A stretch of 64,000 nt of DNA from Lachnospiraceae bacterium (GTDB lineage Bacteria; Bacillota; Clostridia; Lachnospirales; Lachnospiraceae): contig CAVCWT010000012.1 in assembly GCA_963605745.1 (NCBI GenBank), positions 608-64,607 of the forward strand. The letters run 5' to 3'. Position numbers and translations under genes: made by a program. Positions 21,016 through 31,427 of this stretch are shown piece by piece. The first letter of the stretch is position 1; each line of letters starts with the position of its first letter. A model generated the notes under the pieces. The model searched no databases, was not told the origin of the DNA, and saw nothing but the letters and a program-made list of their open reading frames with translations.

Positions 21016-22155
21016 TCATTTCGCTGCCTTCACAATCGCTGTATCAGCGCAGCCTGCAATCTTAAGGAACGCCTCTGCGCAGCGGTCCCAGGTAAATTTC
21101 GAAAGGAGCCTGGAGGAGCTTTTCTCCAATACGTTCCGATCCGGATAGGGGGCCAGAAGGCGCTGTACCATCTCTTCATCCGAATCACAAAGACAGTGTC
21201 CCTCCATCCCGGCTAGCGTAATGGAGGGTCCCAGTGCATTGGCAGCTACAACGCTGCAGCAATAATATACGGCCTCCATGATCGCCATTCCAAAGATCTC
21301 TTCCCGGTTCATGTTCAGATAGTAATCCGACATTGTGTAAATTTTCCACATCTCACTGTTCGGAATACTCTCGATCATACGAACGTCCTCTTCCAGACCG
21401 AGCCGTTTGATTTTCTCAGCAACCTGCTCCCGGAGCTCCCCTCTTCCGATAATAAGGAGCTTAAACTTCTTTTTCCCCCTCACCTTGAAAAAAACATCCA
21501 GCAGCTCCAGCGGTCTTTTCACCGCATCCATTCGTGAAACATTGCAGATCACCACATCATCCGGTGCAAATCCGTATTGTTCCCGAAGCTTTGCGCGGTC
21601 CGCATTTCTAAAATCCTTGTTCAGAACCGAGGCATCAATGCCCACAGGTGCAACGCGGATGTCACGAACGCCTAAGGCCTCCAGCTCCTTTCTGGCTGCC
21701 TCCGTCTTGGCAATCACCGGGAGCTGTTTGTAAATCGGGAGCGTCGTGATATGAAAAATACAATCCGTGACTCTCCCGTAAAAGGTAGCATGAAACTCAC
21801 TGCGCGTTGTTCCGACATAGGGGACAAAGGCGATCTTTCTCTTTTGGCAGTATTTCCAGATATGCCGAAGGAAGAACTGCTGATCCCCGAACACGAGAAC
21901 CCCTGCAATCTCCGGATCCAGGATCCCACAGTCCAGCCAGCCGTGCGCCCGCAGATGCTTCATTGCAAGATAATAAATTTCGATTCCCTCGGGGGTCACC
22001 GTGTGATCCGGCGTTTCCCCGTCTGACAATCCCTTGTAAATGACGACCTGATGTCCCTGCCGGCAGATTGCGCGGGCCAGTCCCAGCTCCTGGCTGTTAT
22101 AATAGCCCTTCCGGCCGAACCCGTTTGTCATAGTACATATAATTCCGTACTTCAT
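21016..22155 (-). CDS. glycosyltransferase family 4
   Basis: GT-B fold with EIFGMAIMEA (EX7E) motif. Confidence 0.88.
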   Translation of the reverse strand: MKYGIICTMTNGFGRKGYYNSQELGLARAICRQGHQVVIYKGLSDGETPDHTVTPEGIEIYYLAMKHLRAHGWLDCGILDPEIAGVLVFGDQQFFLRHIWKYCQKRKIAFVPYVGTTRSEFHATFYGRVTDCIFHITTLPIYKQLPVIAKTEAARKELEALGVRDIRVAPVGIDASVLNKDFRNADRAKLREQYGFAPDDVVICNVSRMDAVKRPLELLDVFFKVRGKKKFKLLIIGRGELREQVAEKIKRLGLEEDVRMIESIPNSEMWKIYTMSDYYLNMNREEIFGMAIMEAVYYCCSVVAANALGPSITLAGMEGHCLCDSDEEMVQRLLAPYPDRNVLEKSSSRLLSKFTWDRCAEAFLKIAGCADTAIVKAAK

Positions 22156-22259
22156 GATTCTCCCCTATATATCAGTATATCTGTTACTGCAACAATCCCG
22201 GGCAGCAGCTGCATGGATGTGCGAGCCTGCTCGAGCAGACATGGCAGCTTCAGCACCTG

Positions 22260-23216
22260 TTATTTCCCGGTTCCAGCGGACCATTTATTGCGGCACGCAT
22301 TGACAAAGCCAAGAGGCACCTTCTCCTCTTTCATGATTGCATACGCCTCCAGGGCTGTCTTGATTCCGTAATGCTCCTTCAGTGCCATGTAGATGAATTT
22401 CCAGCCGCCCGCTGACAAAAGCCTGTAATCCTCCGGCGTCAGATGCTCCTGCAAAAAGCGACAGTACCTTGCATCCACTCTTGCTGCGAGAAGGAACCGC
22501 TCCCTGTCATGGACTGTACTCAGCGAATCCTGCGAGCAGACAATGCAGTAGATACAATCATCCACCGCAAGAACCGACCTTGCATAAAATCCTGCCGCCA
22601 CGGAGAACATCACATCCTCCGAGGCCCGGATTTCGTCAAAACGGACCTCATGCTCCCGGAGCATCTTGCGGCGAATTAACCTTGATACCGGTCCGTAAAA
22701 TTTATACCGCAGCTCCAGCTCATGAAGGCGGCTTGGGTCTTTCGCATAATTCAGAACGAGCTTTTCATAGCGCAGATGGCGTTTCCCCGGTTTATCTTGC
22801 CCCTGCAGGATGCTGCACGGGCGAAAGCAAATCTCGTCTACCTCCGCATTCTCATCCGCATATTCCTTTCCATAACGGAAAATAACGTCAAAAGCCCCGG
22901 GGACAAAATAATCATCCGCGTCTGCAAATAAAACCCATTTTCCCCTGGCCGCCTCAAGGCCCAGATTCCGGCAGACCCCGGCCCCCTTTTTCTCCGTGGT
23001 ATTTTCCAGAAAAATGCCGCCGCGGCCACGGATCTTTCCTGCCAGCTCTTCTACACGCCTTCGGTCTTCGCTTTTATCGTCAATGACAATCAGCTCGAGC
23101 CTCTCATCTTTTGGAATGGACTCCAAAAGAACCGGGATCAGTTCAAAGACCCGGTAATGCGGCACAATAATCGAAACCAGGATCCTGCCTTCTCTTTCCA
23201 TGTCTTCATTCATCAT
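22260..23216 (-). CDS. glycosyltransferase family 2
   Basis: VSIIVPHY, IDDKS, GAGVCRNLGL, FADADD and SED motifs. Confidence 0.9.
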   Translation of the reverse strand: MMNEDMEREGRILVSIIVPHYRVFELIPVLLESIPKDERLELIVIDDKSEDRRRVEELAGKIRGRGGIFLENTTEKKGAGVCRNLGLEAARGKWVLFADADDYFVPGAFDVIFRYGKEYADENAEVDEICFRPCSILQGQDKPGKRHLRYEKLVLNYAKDPSRLHELELRYKFYGPVSRLIRRKMLREHEVRFDEIRASEDVMFSVAAGFYARSVLAVDDCIYCIVCSQDSLSTVHDRERFLLAARVDARYCRFLQEHLTPEDYRLLSAGGWKFIYMALKEHYGIKTALEAYAIMKEEKVPLGFVNACRNKWSAGTGK

Positions 23217-23231
23217 TTCGTATCTCCGGAA

Positions 23232-24269
23232 CTAGTGTAGTCTGCCATTGTAAACATCCGTAATCCACGTTCCCGTCTTGGTCAGACTCTTTTCGTCCCA
23301 TTCTCCATCCATCCCGGCATTTTTGCGCAGAAGATCGCAGCCGTTATCCAGCTCGAAAAAGCCATAGCAGATTCTTCCGATGGAATATTGATTCAAAAGA
23401 GCAAGCCACGCCTTACTCTCTTCCAGATCCGGACTTCCGTTTCCATAGGCTGTACAGAGTCCAAACTCTGATACAAGGAGCGGCAGTCCCTGCGACAGGG
23501 CCTTTTCAAAGACCTCTCTTCGATCCTCTTTATGCGTTGCAGCATAAAAATGATACGAATATACGATATTCTCAAACTCCCCGAGCGGCTGCCTCAACAC
23601 CTGTTCCGGGTTCGAGGACCAGTCCGGTATTCCGACAATAATTAACGAGTCCGGTGCGTTTTCCCGTATGACGGGGATCACCTCCTGCGCATACTTTCTG
23701 ACATTGCTCCAGGTGCCTTCGGAGCCGTTCGGCTCATTGCAGATCTCATACAGGATATTGTCCTGATCCGGGTATTTTTCGGAAATGGCACGGAAAAAGC
23801 TCTTTGCCTCGTTCACATGGTGGAGCGGATTTCCATCCTCCAGGACATGCCAGTCCACCACCACATACATTCCCAGTTTGTCTGCCAGCTCAATGCCATA
23901 CTGCACCGTCTCTATCAGCCGAAGGCGCGATGCCGTACTGCTGCTGTAGCTGCCGGTTCCTGTCACCGGCACAGCAATCCGCAGGGCATTGACCTTCCAG
24001 TGATCCCGGATATAGCAAAGGGCCTCCTCGTTCAGCAGCTGATCATCGTCGTCCCGCTGCAGCGAATGCATCGAGACTCCCTGCAGCACAAAGACCTCTC
24101 CATTTTCATCCACGAGATGGATTCCCTGAACGGAAAGCTTTCCATGCTTTTCGGCCGGAGTCCGTTCTCTTTGAATCGAAAGCGGTTTGGCAAAAGATGC
24201 GAAAAGACACCCGATCAGCACCGTTCCCAGCACATATTTGCAGACGGTCCGGATTCCTCTTTTTTTCAT
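23232..24269 (-). CDS. exported glycoside hydrolase family 5 (cellulase-like endoglycanase)
   Basis: N-terminal signal/TM; VDWH, YEICNEP (acid/base Glu), HFYAATH and VSEFG (nucleophile Glu). Confidence 0.9.
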   Translation of the reverse strand: MKKRGIRTVCKYVLGTVLIGCLFASFAKPLSIQRERTPAEKHGKLSVQGIHLVDENGEVFVLQGVSMHSLQRDDDDQLLNEEALCYIRDHWKVNALRIAVPVTGTGSYSSSTASRLRLIETVQYGIELADKLGMYVVVDWHVLEDGNPLHHVNEAKSFFRAISEKYPDQDNILYEICNEPNGSEGTWSNVRKYAQEVIPVIRENAPDSLIIVGIPDWSSNPEQVLRQPLGEFENIVYSYHFYAATHKEDRREVFEKALSQGLPLLVSEFGLCTAYGNGSPDLEESKAWLALLNQYSIGRICYGFFELDNGCDLLRKNAGMDGEWDEKSLTKTGTWITDVYNGRLH

Positions 24270-25120
24270 GTGAGCTCCTGATAGCGAAGCCTCTTAGAAA
24301 CGCTCTCACAAAGCGGCTTTAGTTTCTCTAAAAGCGGTGTCCCCACCGCTGTATATTCTGCAAAGCCAAAGGCCTCCGCATCCTTTCCTTCCACGACCTT
24401 TTCCTGCATTCCGGACCGGTCCACCAGAACGTTATCCGCATCATAATCCGGATGTACCATAACCTCCATCACCCCGTGATACTGTGCAAAGGGCTCTGTA
24501 TAATCCAGAATCCCTCCCATATAATCCGTCGTAATGAACTGCCGTTCCATCCGGCGGTTGTAGGAATTCCAGACAAGATCGTGAATCCAGTCATAGGAAT
24601 GCGCATTTTTATGAAGCCTGCATTTCTGAATTCCGTACTGCTGCATCACCGATGCAAAAATCCTGCACAGCTGGAGGTTCGTGTGGACATGGTGGTGCGA
24701 ATCCGCATGGCTGATCAAAACGCCAAGGTCTGTCAGCTTTTGTGCCTGAGCCTCCAGTTCCTCGCGGATGGCCGTTTTTTCCTCTTTTGTGAGCGGAATG
24801 AAGTTCGTTTTGCTGTTTCGAAAATACCCGGTAAAGCTCCCTTCTGACACGAGTCTCTTCTGCTCACAGATTCTCTTTGTGAGCGGCCTTCCCTCGGTAA
24901 GATTAAAGTGGATTCCAATACAGCCTGCAAACTGTGCATCCTCATGGATCAAACGAAGCGCTGTTTCCTGTGCCTCTCCGTTGGCCACCATCGTCGTATC
25001 TGTGATCATTCCGCGCCGATACGCCTCATAAATTGCCTCGGTGCAGGATTTCGTCAAGCCAAAATCATCCGCATTGATGATCAGTTTTCTCGTTTCCTGA
25101 TTCCTGTCCTGATGTTCCAT
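24266..25120 (-). CDS. ChbG/HpnK/YdjC-family carbohydrate deacetylase
   Basis: LIINADDFG, GIHFNLTEG, DSHHHVH and EVMVHP motifs; start MEHQD at 25120. Confidence 0.9.
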   Translation of the reverse strand: MEHQDRNQETRKLIINADDFGLTKSCTEAIYEAYRRGMITDTTMVANGEAQETALRLIHEDAQFAGCIGIHFNLTEGRPLTKRICEQKRLVSEGSFTGYFRNSKTNFIPLTKEEKTAIREELEAQAQKLTDLGVLISHADSHHHVHTNLQLCRIFASVMQQYGIQKCRLHKNAHSYDWIHDLVWNSYNRRMERQFITTDYMGGILDYTEPFAQYHGVMEVMVHPDYDADNVLVDRSGMQEKVVEGKDAEAFGFAEYTAVGTPLLEKLKPLCESVSKRLRYQELT

Positions 25121-25204
25121 TGCTGCCTTCCTCTTAAACCTCCGGTGAATCACATTTTCATCTCGATCCGGCTGTACCGGAAACCGAATATTATAAGCCG
25201 GATA

Positions 25205-25957
25205 TTAAAAGCCGAATTCATCCCGGAGCTCTGCAACCGGTATTTTCCTGGCCAGCAGCAATTCTGCCTTACGCTTTGCAGACAGACTCCCGCCGCCCAG
25301 CATGGAATGATTGTCGCCGGTGTTTCGCACATAAACCGTCATGGGAAACGGAGCATCCGTAAGCGGACGGCCGATTCCTGCCATTTTCCCGGGCACCTCC
25401 CGGTGCGGACTGCGAATCAGCCACTTTTCTGAAAAGCTGTCGTCATACAGATCCTTTGGCATCGTATCCGGAAGATCCTCCAGGGCATAACGCACCGCCG
25501 TGCAGGATCCGCAGATGGAATAGGGCCTGTATATTTTTCTGCAAAAATCCTCTCCCTCGTTGTAGAGGTAGCCTGTGCGTGCCGTAAAGCCGTTTAATTC
25601 CGGATGTTCCTTTGCAAAGCCTGCAATCCGGTTGGAGATCAGATCATCGGAATCCACCAGCATGGTATATCCGCCGCCTGCGGCGCGAATCCTCTGGGCG
25701 ATCATGGAGATTTTCCATCCCTTGTCCAGCATCATCTCCCTACGATCTCTCGGAACCGGGGAATCCGATCTTAGGAACTCTACTCTCTCGTCATAGGTGT
25801 TCGTAAGCTCCGGGATTTCATGGCAGGCAACGAAAATCCGAAATTCCGGACAGCTCTGACGATAAACCGACTGCAGGGTTCTGTTAAAAACCTTCGTCAC
25901 CTTTTCCCAGTTTTCCGAAGCCTCTTTGGAGCGAAGCGGAATTCCAAAATAAATCAT
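25205..25957 (-). CDS. GT-A fold glycosyltransferase-like protein
   Basis: FGIPLRS N-terminal strand, MLVDSDD (DXD), and EPS context. Confidence 0.7.
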   Translation of the reverse strand: MIYFGIPLRSKEASENWEKVTKVFNRTLQSVYRQSCPEFRIFVACHEIPELTNTYDERVEFLRSDSPVPRDRREMMLDKGWKISMIAQRIRAAGGGYTMLVDSDDLISNRIAGFAKEHPELNGFTARTGYLYNEGEDFCRKIYRPYSICGSCTAVRYALEDLPDTMPKDLYDDSFSEKWLIRSPHREVPGKMAGIGRPLTDAPFPMTVYVRNTGDNHSMLGGGSLSAKRKAELLLARKIPVAELRDEFGF

Positions 25958-27513
25958 AGAGCATTCTCCTGTTTTCTGATCTTATTCCAAAACGCCTTGA
26001 TTTCTGCAGGACGGAACATCACGGCCAAAATCACCACGCCGCACCCTGCCGCCGACACAGCTCCCTTCAGAATCAACTGGATCCAGCTGTCTGCAGAAGG
26101 CAGAACCATCTCCAGCAAAACCGCAGCAGCAGTTCCTGCAGCGCACGAAGCAACATGCCGGCCAATGACAGGATAAAAGGTTCCCATTCCAACCCCCATG
26201 CAATACGATGCATACAGCGGGGTATCAATAAAATGAACACAGTTGATCACCAGTGTGGTAATCACCACAGCATAGGCGCCGTAGTGCGTCTGCACCAAAA
26301 GGACATACATTGCCAGCACATTCGCCACTCCCATGGCGATGGTAATGAGGCAGGGAATTTTTAATTTTTTGGTCAGCGTAAAGACGTAATACAAGGGATT
26401 CACAACGCCGACCGCAACATCGCTGAACAGAACGATCATCAAGAGCCGGTAAATGAACTCCGTATTCTGTTCCGGTAGCCAGAGAACAAGGAAATTCCTC
26501 CCGCACACCCAGAACACACAGATGATCAGACTGCAGAAAAGACCCGTCGTTTTCATGGTCAACCGGAACAGCTTGACCTGCCCCTCTGTGTCCTTTTGCG
26601 CATACAGAACCAGCTGCCGCGGCTGAAAGCTCTCGCTGATTCTCTTGACCAGTGCATAGCAGAACATGCCCAGATTTTTGGCAATGGAGATTTCTCCCAG
26701 CACCACAGCATTCAGCATCAGATCCGTGATGAGAAGATCCAGTCCGCTGTTCAGGACATCCCCCAGATTGTTCAGGGCATTCCAGATTCCCGAAACAAAC
26801 AGCTCATACACCGCCGAAAGTGAGCACTGTTTCCTCGAAAAATGCAGCTCCGGCGTAAGCTCCCCGGTAAGGGAAATGTATCTCACCAGCAAAAAAGACG
26901 ACGCGCACAGATATGCAATTCCCACATACCATACATGGGGCGGCAGTATGAGGCACAGTCCCAAAAGCACAACAGCCTGCAGGACATAGCTGACACTCTT
27001 GGTTCGTTCTGCCAGATCCAGGCGATTGGCAATAAAGGCTGCTGTGTTGAATGCAGTCCTTAGAAGCGTCAGAAGGTAGTTGACAAGGACCAGCGCAAAA
27101 AGGATTTTCACATCCCCGCACAGATTCTCCGGAATGACAATGAAGGCCTCCATGTGCCGGATGACAAAGGCTCCCGGCACGAGAATGCAGACAGCCATCA
27201 TCAAATCGGCGGCAATGACCGAGGAATAGAAACGGTTCGCCCGTTCCAGATCCTTACGGTGATAGGCCACCGAAATAAACCGGCCGGCAAACGTATTCAG
27301 CGCTGCCGCTGCAATATCAATGTATCCGGTAAAGGACGTTGCCAGGGAAACGAATCCGTACGCCTCCACGCCGATGTTGTTCGTGACATAGGGTGTGATC
27401 AGAAACTGCATGAAATAATTGATCAGGACCGCCGAAATCGACCAGATCATATTCATGGCAATCATCTGTTCATTCGTCCGCTTTTCTTTTTTTTCGGCCT
27501 TTCCTCCCATCAT
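25954..27513 (-). CDS. wzx: polysaccharide flippase Wzx (MOP superfamily)
   Basis: 12-14 TM, ITPYVTNNIGVEAYG motif; ATGA overlaps with both neighbours. Confidence 0.85.
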   Translation of the reverse strand: MMGGKAEKKEKRTNEQMIAMNMIWSISAVLINYFMQFLITPYVTNNIGVEAYGFVSLATSFTGYIDIAAAALNTFAGRFISVAYHRKDLERANRFYSSVIAADLMMAVCILVPGAFVIRHMEAFIVIPENLCGDVKILFALVLVNYLLTLLRTAFNTAAFIANRLDLAERTKSVSYVLQAVVLLGLCLILPPHVWYVGIAYLCASSFLLVRYISLTGELTPELHFSRKQCSLSAVYELFVSGIWNALNNLGDVLNSGLDLLITDLMLNAVVLGEISIAKNLGMFCYALVKRISESFQPRQLVLYAQKDTEGQVKLFRLTMKTTGLFCSLIICVFWVCGRNFLVLWLPEQNTEFIYRLLMIVLFSDVAVGVVNPLYYVFTLTKKLKIPCLITIAMGVANVLAMYVLLVQTHYGAYAVVITTLVINCVHFIDTPLYASYCMGVGMGTFYPVIGRHVASCAAGTAAAVLLEMVLPSADSWIQLILKGAVSAAGCGVVILAVMFRPAEIKAFWNKIRKQENAL

Positions 27514-28217
27514 GCCTTTTCTCCGGGATTTGAATTTACTGAATTCATTTTCAAAAACCATTCTGCGCACAAAAATCCTGCTGCCGTGCCCAACGTATTG
27601 AACAGAATATCATTGATATCACACTGCCCCAGCTGCAAAACGAGCTGGATCAGTTCAATAACCGTAGAAACCATCATTCCGGTCATGGTGCCCTGGAGCG
27701 GAGTCAGTTTTTTCCTGCCGCTAAGGAGCACCAGCGATCCTCCGAAGGGGAGAAATAAGACCGCATTCAAAAGTCCATGCCGCCACCAGTATGCAGAGCT
27801 CCCGTTTCTGCCAAAGATCAACAGTTCCATACAAACCGAGGTATCCTGGCTGCCGTCTCGCATCAAAAGTGTTGCGCCGAGAATCAACAGGAGGCTCAGC
27901 AGCAGGCATGTCAGACCGCGTTTTTGTAGACTTTTCCTGTTTTCTGTCAGAAAGTGTGCGCCGCCTGCCGCTGCCAGAAAGACCGTCGCAATCAGGCACA
28001 GCCACAGCATGCACAGCGAGCTTCTCATCATAAACGACATGCAGCCGAACGCAGTTCCTGCAAACAAAAACAACACGGCAACCACAACACCGGAGGCCCT
28101 TGCGCTTTTTTTGTCATAGGCCCTTCCCTTCAGCATCTGCAGGGTCCATATATAATCCATGATCAGCAGCAGAATGCTAAGAACCACTCTTGCCGATTCC
28201 TGCCTTGCTAAACCCAT
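27510..28217 (-). CDS. VanZ-family membrane protein
   Basis: LLNAVLFLPFG...IELIQL...CDINDILFNTLG motif. Confidence 0.85.
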   Translation of the reverse strand: MGLARQESARVVLSILLLIMDYIWTLQMLKGRAYDKKSARASGVVVAVLFLFAGTAFGCMSFMMRSSLCMLWLCLIATVFLAAAGGAHFLTENRKSLQKRGLTCLLLSLLLILGATLLMRDGSQDTSVCMELLIFGRNGSSAYWWRHGLLNAVLFLPFGGSLVLLSGRKKLTPLQGTMTGMMVSTVIELIQLVLQLGQCDINDILFNTLGTAAGFLCAEWFLKMNSVNSNPGEKA

Positions 28218-28254
28218 GATGTGTATCCTCTCCTGTTTGTTTTTCCAATCGTTT

Positions 28255-28375
28255 GTATCTGTTTAACCATATCGAGGATTTGCAGCGCAAGGACAACACC
28301 ACGCATGCGGTTTCCCCGCAGCAAGGAGTGAGCAAAGCCACTCCAAGGTACCAAAGATGCAGGTGCTAAAACTAC
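28255..28375 (-). repeat. diverged, internally altered copy of the TIR element
   Basis: Ends gtatctgtttaac and gatgcaggtgctaaaactac; internal ggagtgagcaaagccactcc resembles hairpin 2. Confidence 0.55.
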
Positions 28376-28418
28376 TCTGTCTGCTCATGCAGGCACCACC
28401 ACAAATAAAAATCATCTG

Positions 28419-29687
28419 CTACGTATCTGCAACACTCCCCTTATCCCTGGCACAGGCCGCTGCAATCGCAAGGAAAAAGAACAGGGTAAAATAATTATTC
28501 GTACCAAACGCCCGCTCTGTTAAACCGTGAAGCGCCGCATGCATCAGAAAAGTGCTGACAAACAGATACTGCTGCTCCGGCACCTCGTGGATTCTCTTCG
28601 TTGCATCCAGAATCATCACAAAAAACGCCGCAATTCCGAACAACCCGACATTCAGCCAGAACTCGAGCAGAACGTTGTGTGCTCCCGTTGTCATAGTTGA
28701 TCCCCAGGAGTTTGCCTCAAAGCCCGCATGATATTCCGCTACAGCCCTCGCATCGCGCCAGAACATCTCATATCCGTATCCGGTAAACGTCCGCGACTGT
28801 GTCATCATTTCGATGATCCGGTTCCACAAAACAGTCCTGCCGGTCAGCGTGGCATCCTTTCCAAGTGCAGTCAGAAGCGGCGTAAACAGCGGCAGAATGG
28901 TCAATGCCATGAACAAAAAAACGATGCTGACAACAATATAGTCCAGCCCGATATGGAGTCTGTGCCGCTCATCCCGCCGCGGTTCGATCCAGAACAGATA
29001 CACCTGCGGAATCAGGACAAAGATCACAGGGCCTGTTGCATGACACATCAAAAGGAGAATCGCCTGCAGAACGAACAGAAGGATGAAGCGCTGCGAAACC
29101 GCCCGTTTCTCCTGCATGCGCCATCTAAGCAGAATCGACTGGAGCAGAATTCCGCACGAAAACTCACTGGCCGCAGAATTTTTAGCATTTAAAAGGCCGA
29201 TGAAATCATGGGCACTTTGCTCACTGGAGAAGGACATTCCCGGAGCAATGATCATCAGAAAGATCGAGGCTATGACGATCCCTGCCTGCGCATACAGAAT
29301 CAGCTCCAATGTCCTTTGGATTCCAAAATAATCCAAAAGCCACAAGGCAAAAAACACCGTGGCTGAAAACCGCAGACAGGTAATCAGCTGTTTCTGCGGA
29401 TACCGGGTCACAGCCATAGACTCTGCAAAAAACACCGCAACCAGCAAATAGATGGCCCGGTAACAGGACCGGAGGTTGATGATCCGAATCTCCCGAAAGC
29501 TCTCGCCGCTGGAAAAGAGCATGATCAGAAGCTCCAGCACAAAGGCTCCGTACTCCAGCAATGTGCACAGCTTTTCTCCCAGAAAAGCCTCATAATTTCC
29601 GGGAAATCCAAGACTGAGAAATAATATGAAAACTGTAATGATCTCGTACAGCGGATGGACTCTACTTTTTTCAGATATCAAAATCAT
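28419..29687 (-). CDS. polysaccharide polymerase Wzy / O-antigen-ligase-family membrane protein
   Basis: More than 10 TM; LGKDATLTGRTVLW, GYGY and AHNVLLE motifs. Start moved to MILIS at 29687. Confidence 0.85.
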   Translation of the reverse strand: MILISEKSRVHPLYEIITVFILFLSLGFPGNYEAFLGEKLCTLLEYGAFVLELLIMLFSSGESFREIRIINLRSCYRAIYLLVAVFFAESMAVTRYPQKQLITCLRFSATVFFALWLLDYFGIQRTLELILYAQAGIVIASIFLMIIAPGMSFSSEQSAHDFIGLLNAKNSAASEFSCGILLQSILLRWRMQEKRAVSQRFILLFVLQAILLLMCHATGPVIFVLIPQVYLFWIEPRRDERHRLHIGLDYIVVSIVFLFMALTILPLFTPLLTALGKDATLTGRTVLWNRIIEMMTQSRTFTGYGYEMFWRDARAVAEYHAGFEANSWGSTMTTGAHNVLLEFWLNVGLFGIAAFFVMILDATKRIHEVPEQQYLFVSTFLMHAALHGLTERAFGTNNYFTLFFFLAIAAACARDKGSVADT

Positions 29688-31422
29688 CCTCTCCCTGATT
29701 ACTTCCCAGGTCCGGATAGTCAAAATCCGGTTCTTCCTCCTGTTCTGTGCCAGAAGGAAAGCCTTTTTGTCCTTCTCTTTCCCCAGCAGAAGAAAGGCCT
29801 TCTTGTCCTGCTCTTTCCCCGTCAGAAGCATGCCCCTCTTCTTCCTTCCAGCTGCTGCTTACTCCCATATGCAGCAGTGCGTAAGCGGCATCCTGATCCG
29901 AAAAATCCTCACTGACGTTTCCTTCCGGCTCCTGATCCAGCGCAATCAAAGGATTCTGTCTCCCTGTTGCATCCTGCTCCGGCTTACTCTCATCATTCAT
30001 ATAGACCGAAGCCTCCGAAGAACGTTCCGTTCTGTTTTCTGCAGGCATCCTGCTCCCCCGCTCCCGTCCGGTTCCACCCGGTACGCGGTTTACCACACAT
30101 CCCAGAATGCGAATGCCGGATTTTTCCAGTTTTTCCAGGGTTTCCCGGATCTCCGGAAGAATGGCCTGATCGTATCCAATCACAAAAAGGACCGAATCCG
30201 CCACCTGGTTCAGAGACAATGCATCCGAAATGCTGCCAACCGGCGGTGCATCCAGAATGACATATTCATAATTCTCCCCCAGCTTTTTCAAAAAATCAGC
30301 CAAGGTCCCATCCATGGCAACCACATTGTGCTCGAGAATCATCGGCAGAAAGTCCAGATACCCCGTCAGTGTCACGATTGCTTCCTTTGCACTGACCTCT
30401 CCCTTATAAAGAGCATTCAGTGAGTGGCTGTAATCCACCTGCTTGAGAAACAGACCGCCAAGGCTGGGACTTCTGGTATCCAGATCCACCAGGAGGACCT
30501 TACGCTCCATATCCGAAAACTGCACGGCCAGATTGGCCGCTGCAGACGTCCTTCCTTCCTGATTCTGTGTTGAAGTTACATAAAAGCAATGCTGCCCCTC
30601 TTTGGTTCCCAAAAGATTTCGAATAATGTAGGCACAGGAAGCATAGTTCTGCTCTATAGGAGAAATCCCCCCATCGGTGCGATCCAAAAGGAGCCCTCCC
30701 CGGCGAAAATATTCCGAATCTTCCGGGATCGTTCCGATCATGTCCATTTCCAATACGCTCTCAACGTCCTTCGTATTGATGAGCGTCGGGCGCAGCAGAA
30801 GGTCCAGAACAGCAATTCCGATTCCGGCAAAAAGCCCCAGTATTCCCAGCATGAACCACATTCCCGAAGCCACTGCTCCGCCGACGGAGCTTGCTGCTGT
30901 CGGCTCATCGATCACTTCCACGGACCCCATCTGCAGCGTCTTCGGAAGGAGCTTACCTGCCGCATCCAGAATCGCATTCATCAGCGTGATTCCTTCTGTA
31001 TCACTGTTCCATTCCAGCTCCAGTTCCAGAATCTGGGTTTCGTTGTACTGTTCTACCTGCAGCTTTCCTCTTAATTCCTTTGCGGTAATATCCGTCCGCC
31101 CCGTCTGCTGCAGGGCCTGCTCCAGCACCCTGTCACTTTTCAGAATATACGACACCGCATCCGGCATATCCGCTGCCAGATAATAATCATCCTTGGTCGG
31201 TGTATGATTGTCCGACGTATAATTGCCATCGGCAACCTTCGATGCCACCGCAACCGAGCAGCTGATCTGATAGCCAAAGAGATCTCCCTGCACATAAGAA
31301 ACTCCCAGCATGGCCGCCCCCATGGCAAATCCCGCCAGGGTCAATAGAACAATCAGCCGCCACCGCTTCCACACGGCATAAAGAAGATCACTGATTCGTA
31401 TTTGGATTCCGTTGCTGTTCAT
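29671..31422 (-). CDS. fused chain-length determinant/BY-kinase-like protein (Wzc-like, CpsC+CpsD fusion), degenerate kinase
   Basis: Two TMs around an extracellular loop. The P-loop domain has QEGRTS in place of EGKS/T, plus LVDLD and ILDAPP. There is no C-terminal Tyr cluster. Confidence 0.82.
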   Translation of the reverse strand: MNSNGIQIRISDLLYAVWKRWRLIVLLTLAGFAMGAAMLGVSYVQGDLFGYQISCSVAVASKVADGNYTSDNHTPTKDDYYLAADMPDAVSYILKSDRVLEQALQQTGRTDITAKELRGKLQVEQYNETQILELELEWNSDTEGITLMNAILDAAGKLLPKTLQMGSVEVIDEPTAASSVGGAVASGMWFMLGILGLFAGIGIAVLDLLLRPTLINTKDVESVLEMDMIGTIPEDSEYFRRGGLLLDRTDGGISPIEQNYASCAYIIRNLLGTKEGQHCFYVTSTQNQEGRTSAAANLAVQFSDMERKVLLVDLDTRSPSLGGLFLKQVDYSHSLNALYKGEVSAKEAIVTLTGYLDFLPMILEHNVVAMDGTLADFLKKLGENYEYVILDAPPVGSISDALSLNQVADSVLFVIGYDQAILPEIRETLEKLEKSGIRILGCVVNRVPGGTGRERGSRMPAENRTERSSEASVYMNDESKPEQDATGRQNPLIALDQEPEGNVSEDFSDQDAAYALLHMGVSSSWKEEEGHASDGERAGQEGLSSAGEREGQKGFPSGTEQEEEPDFDYPDLGSNQGEDDFDI

Positions 31423-31427
31423 ATGCG

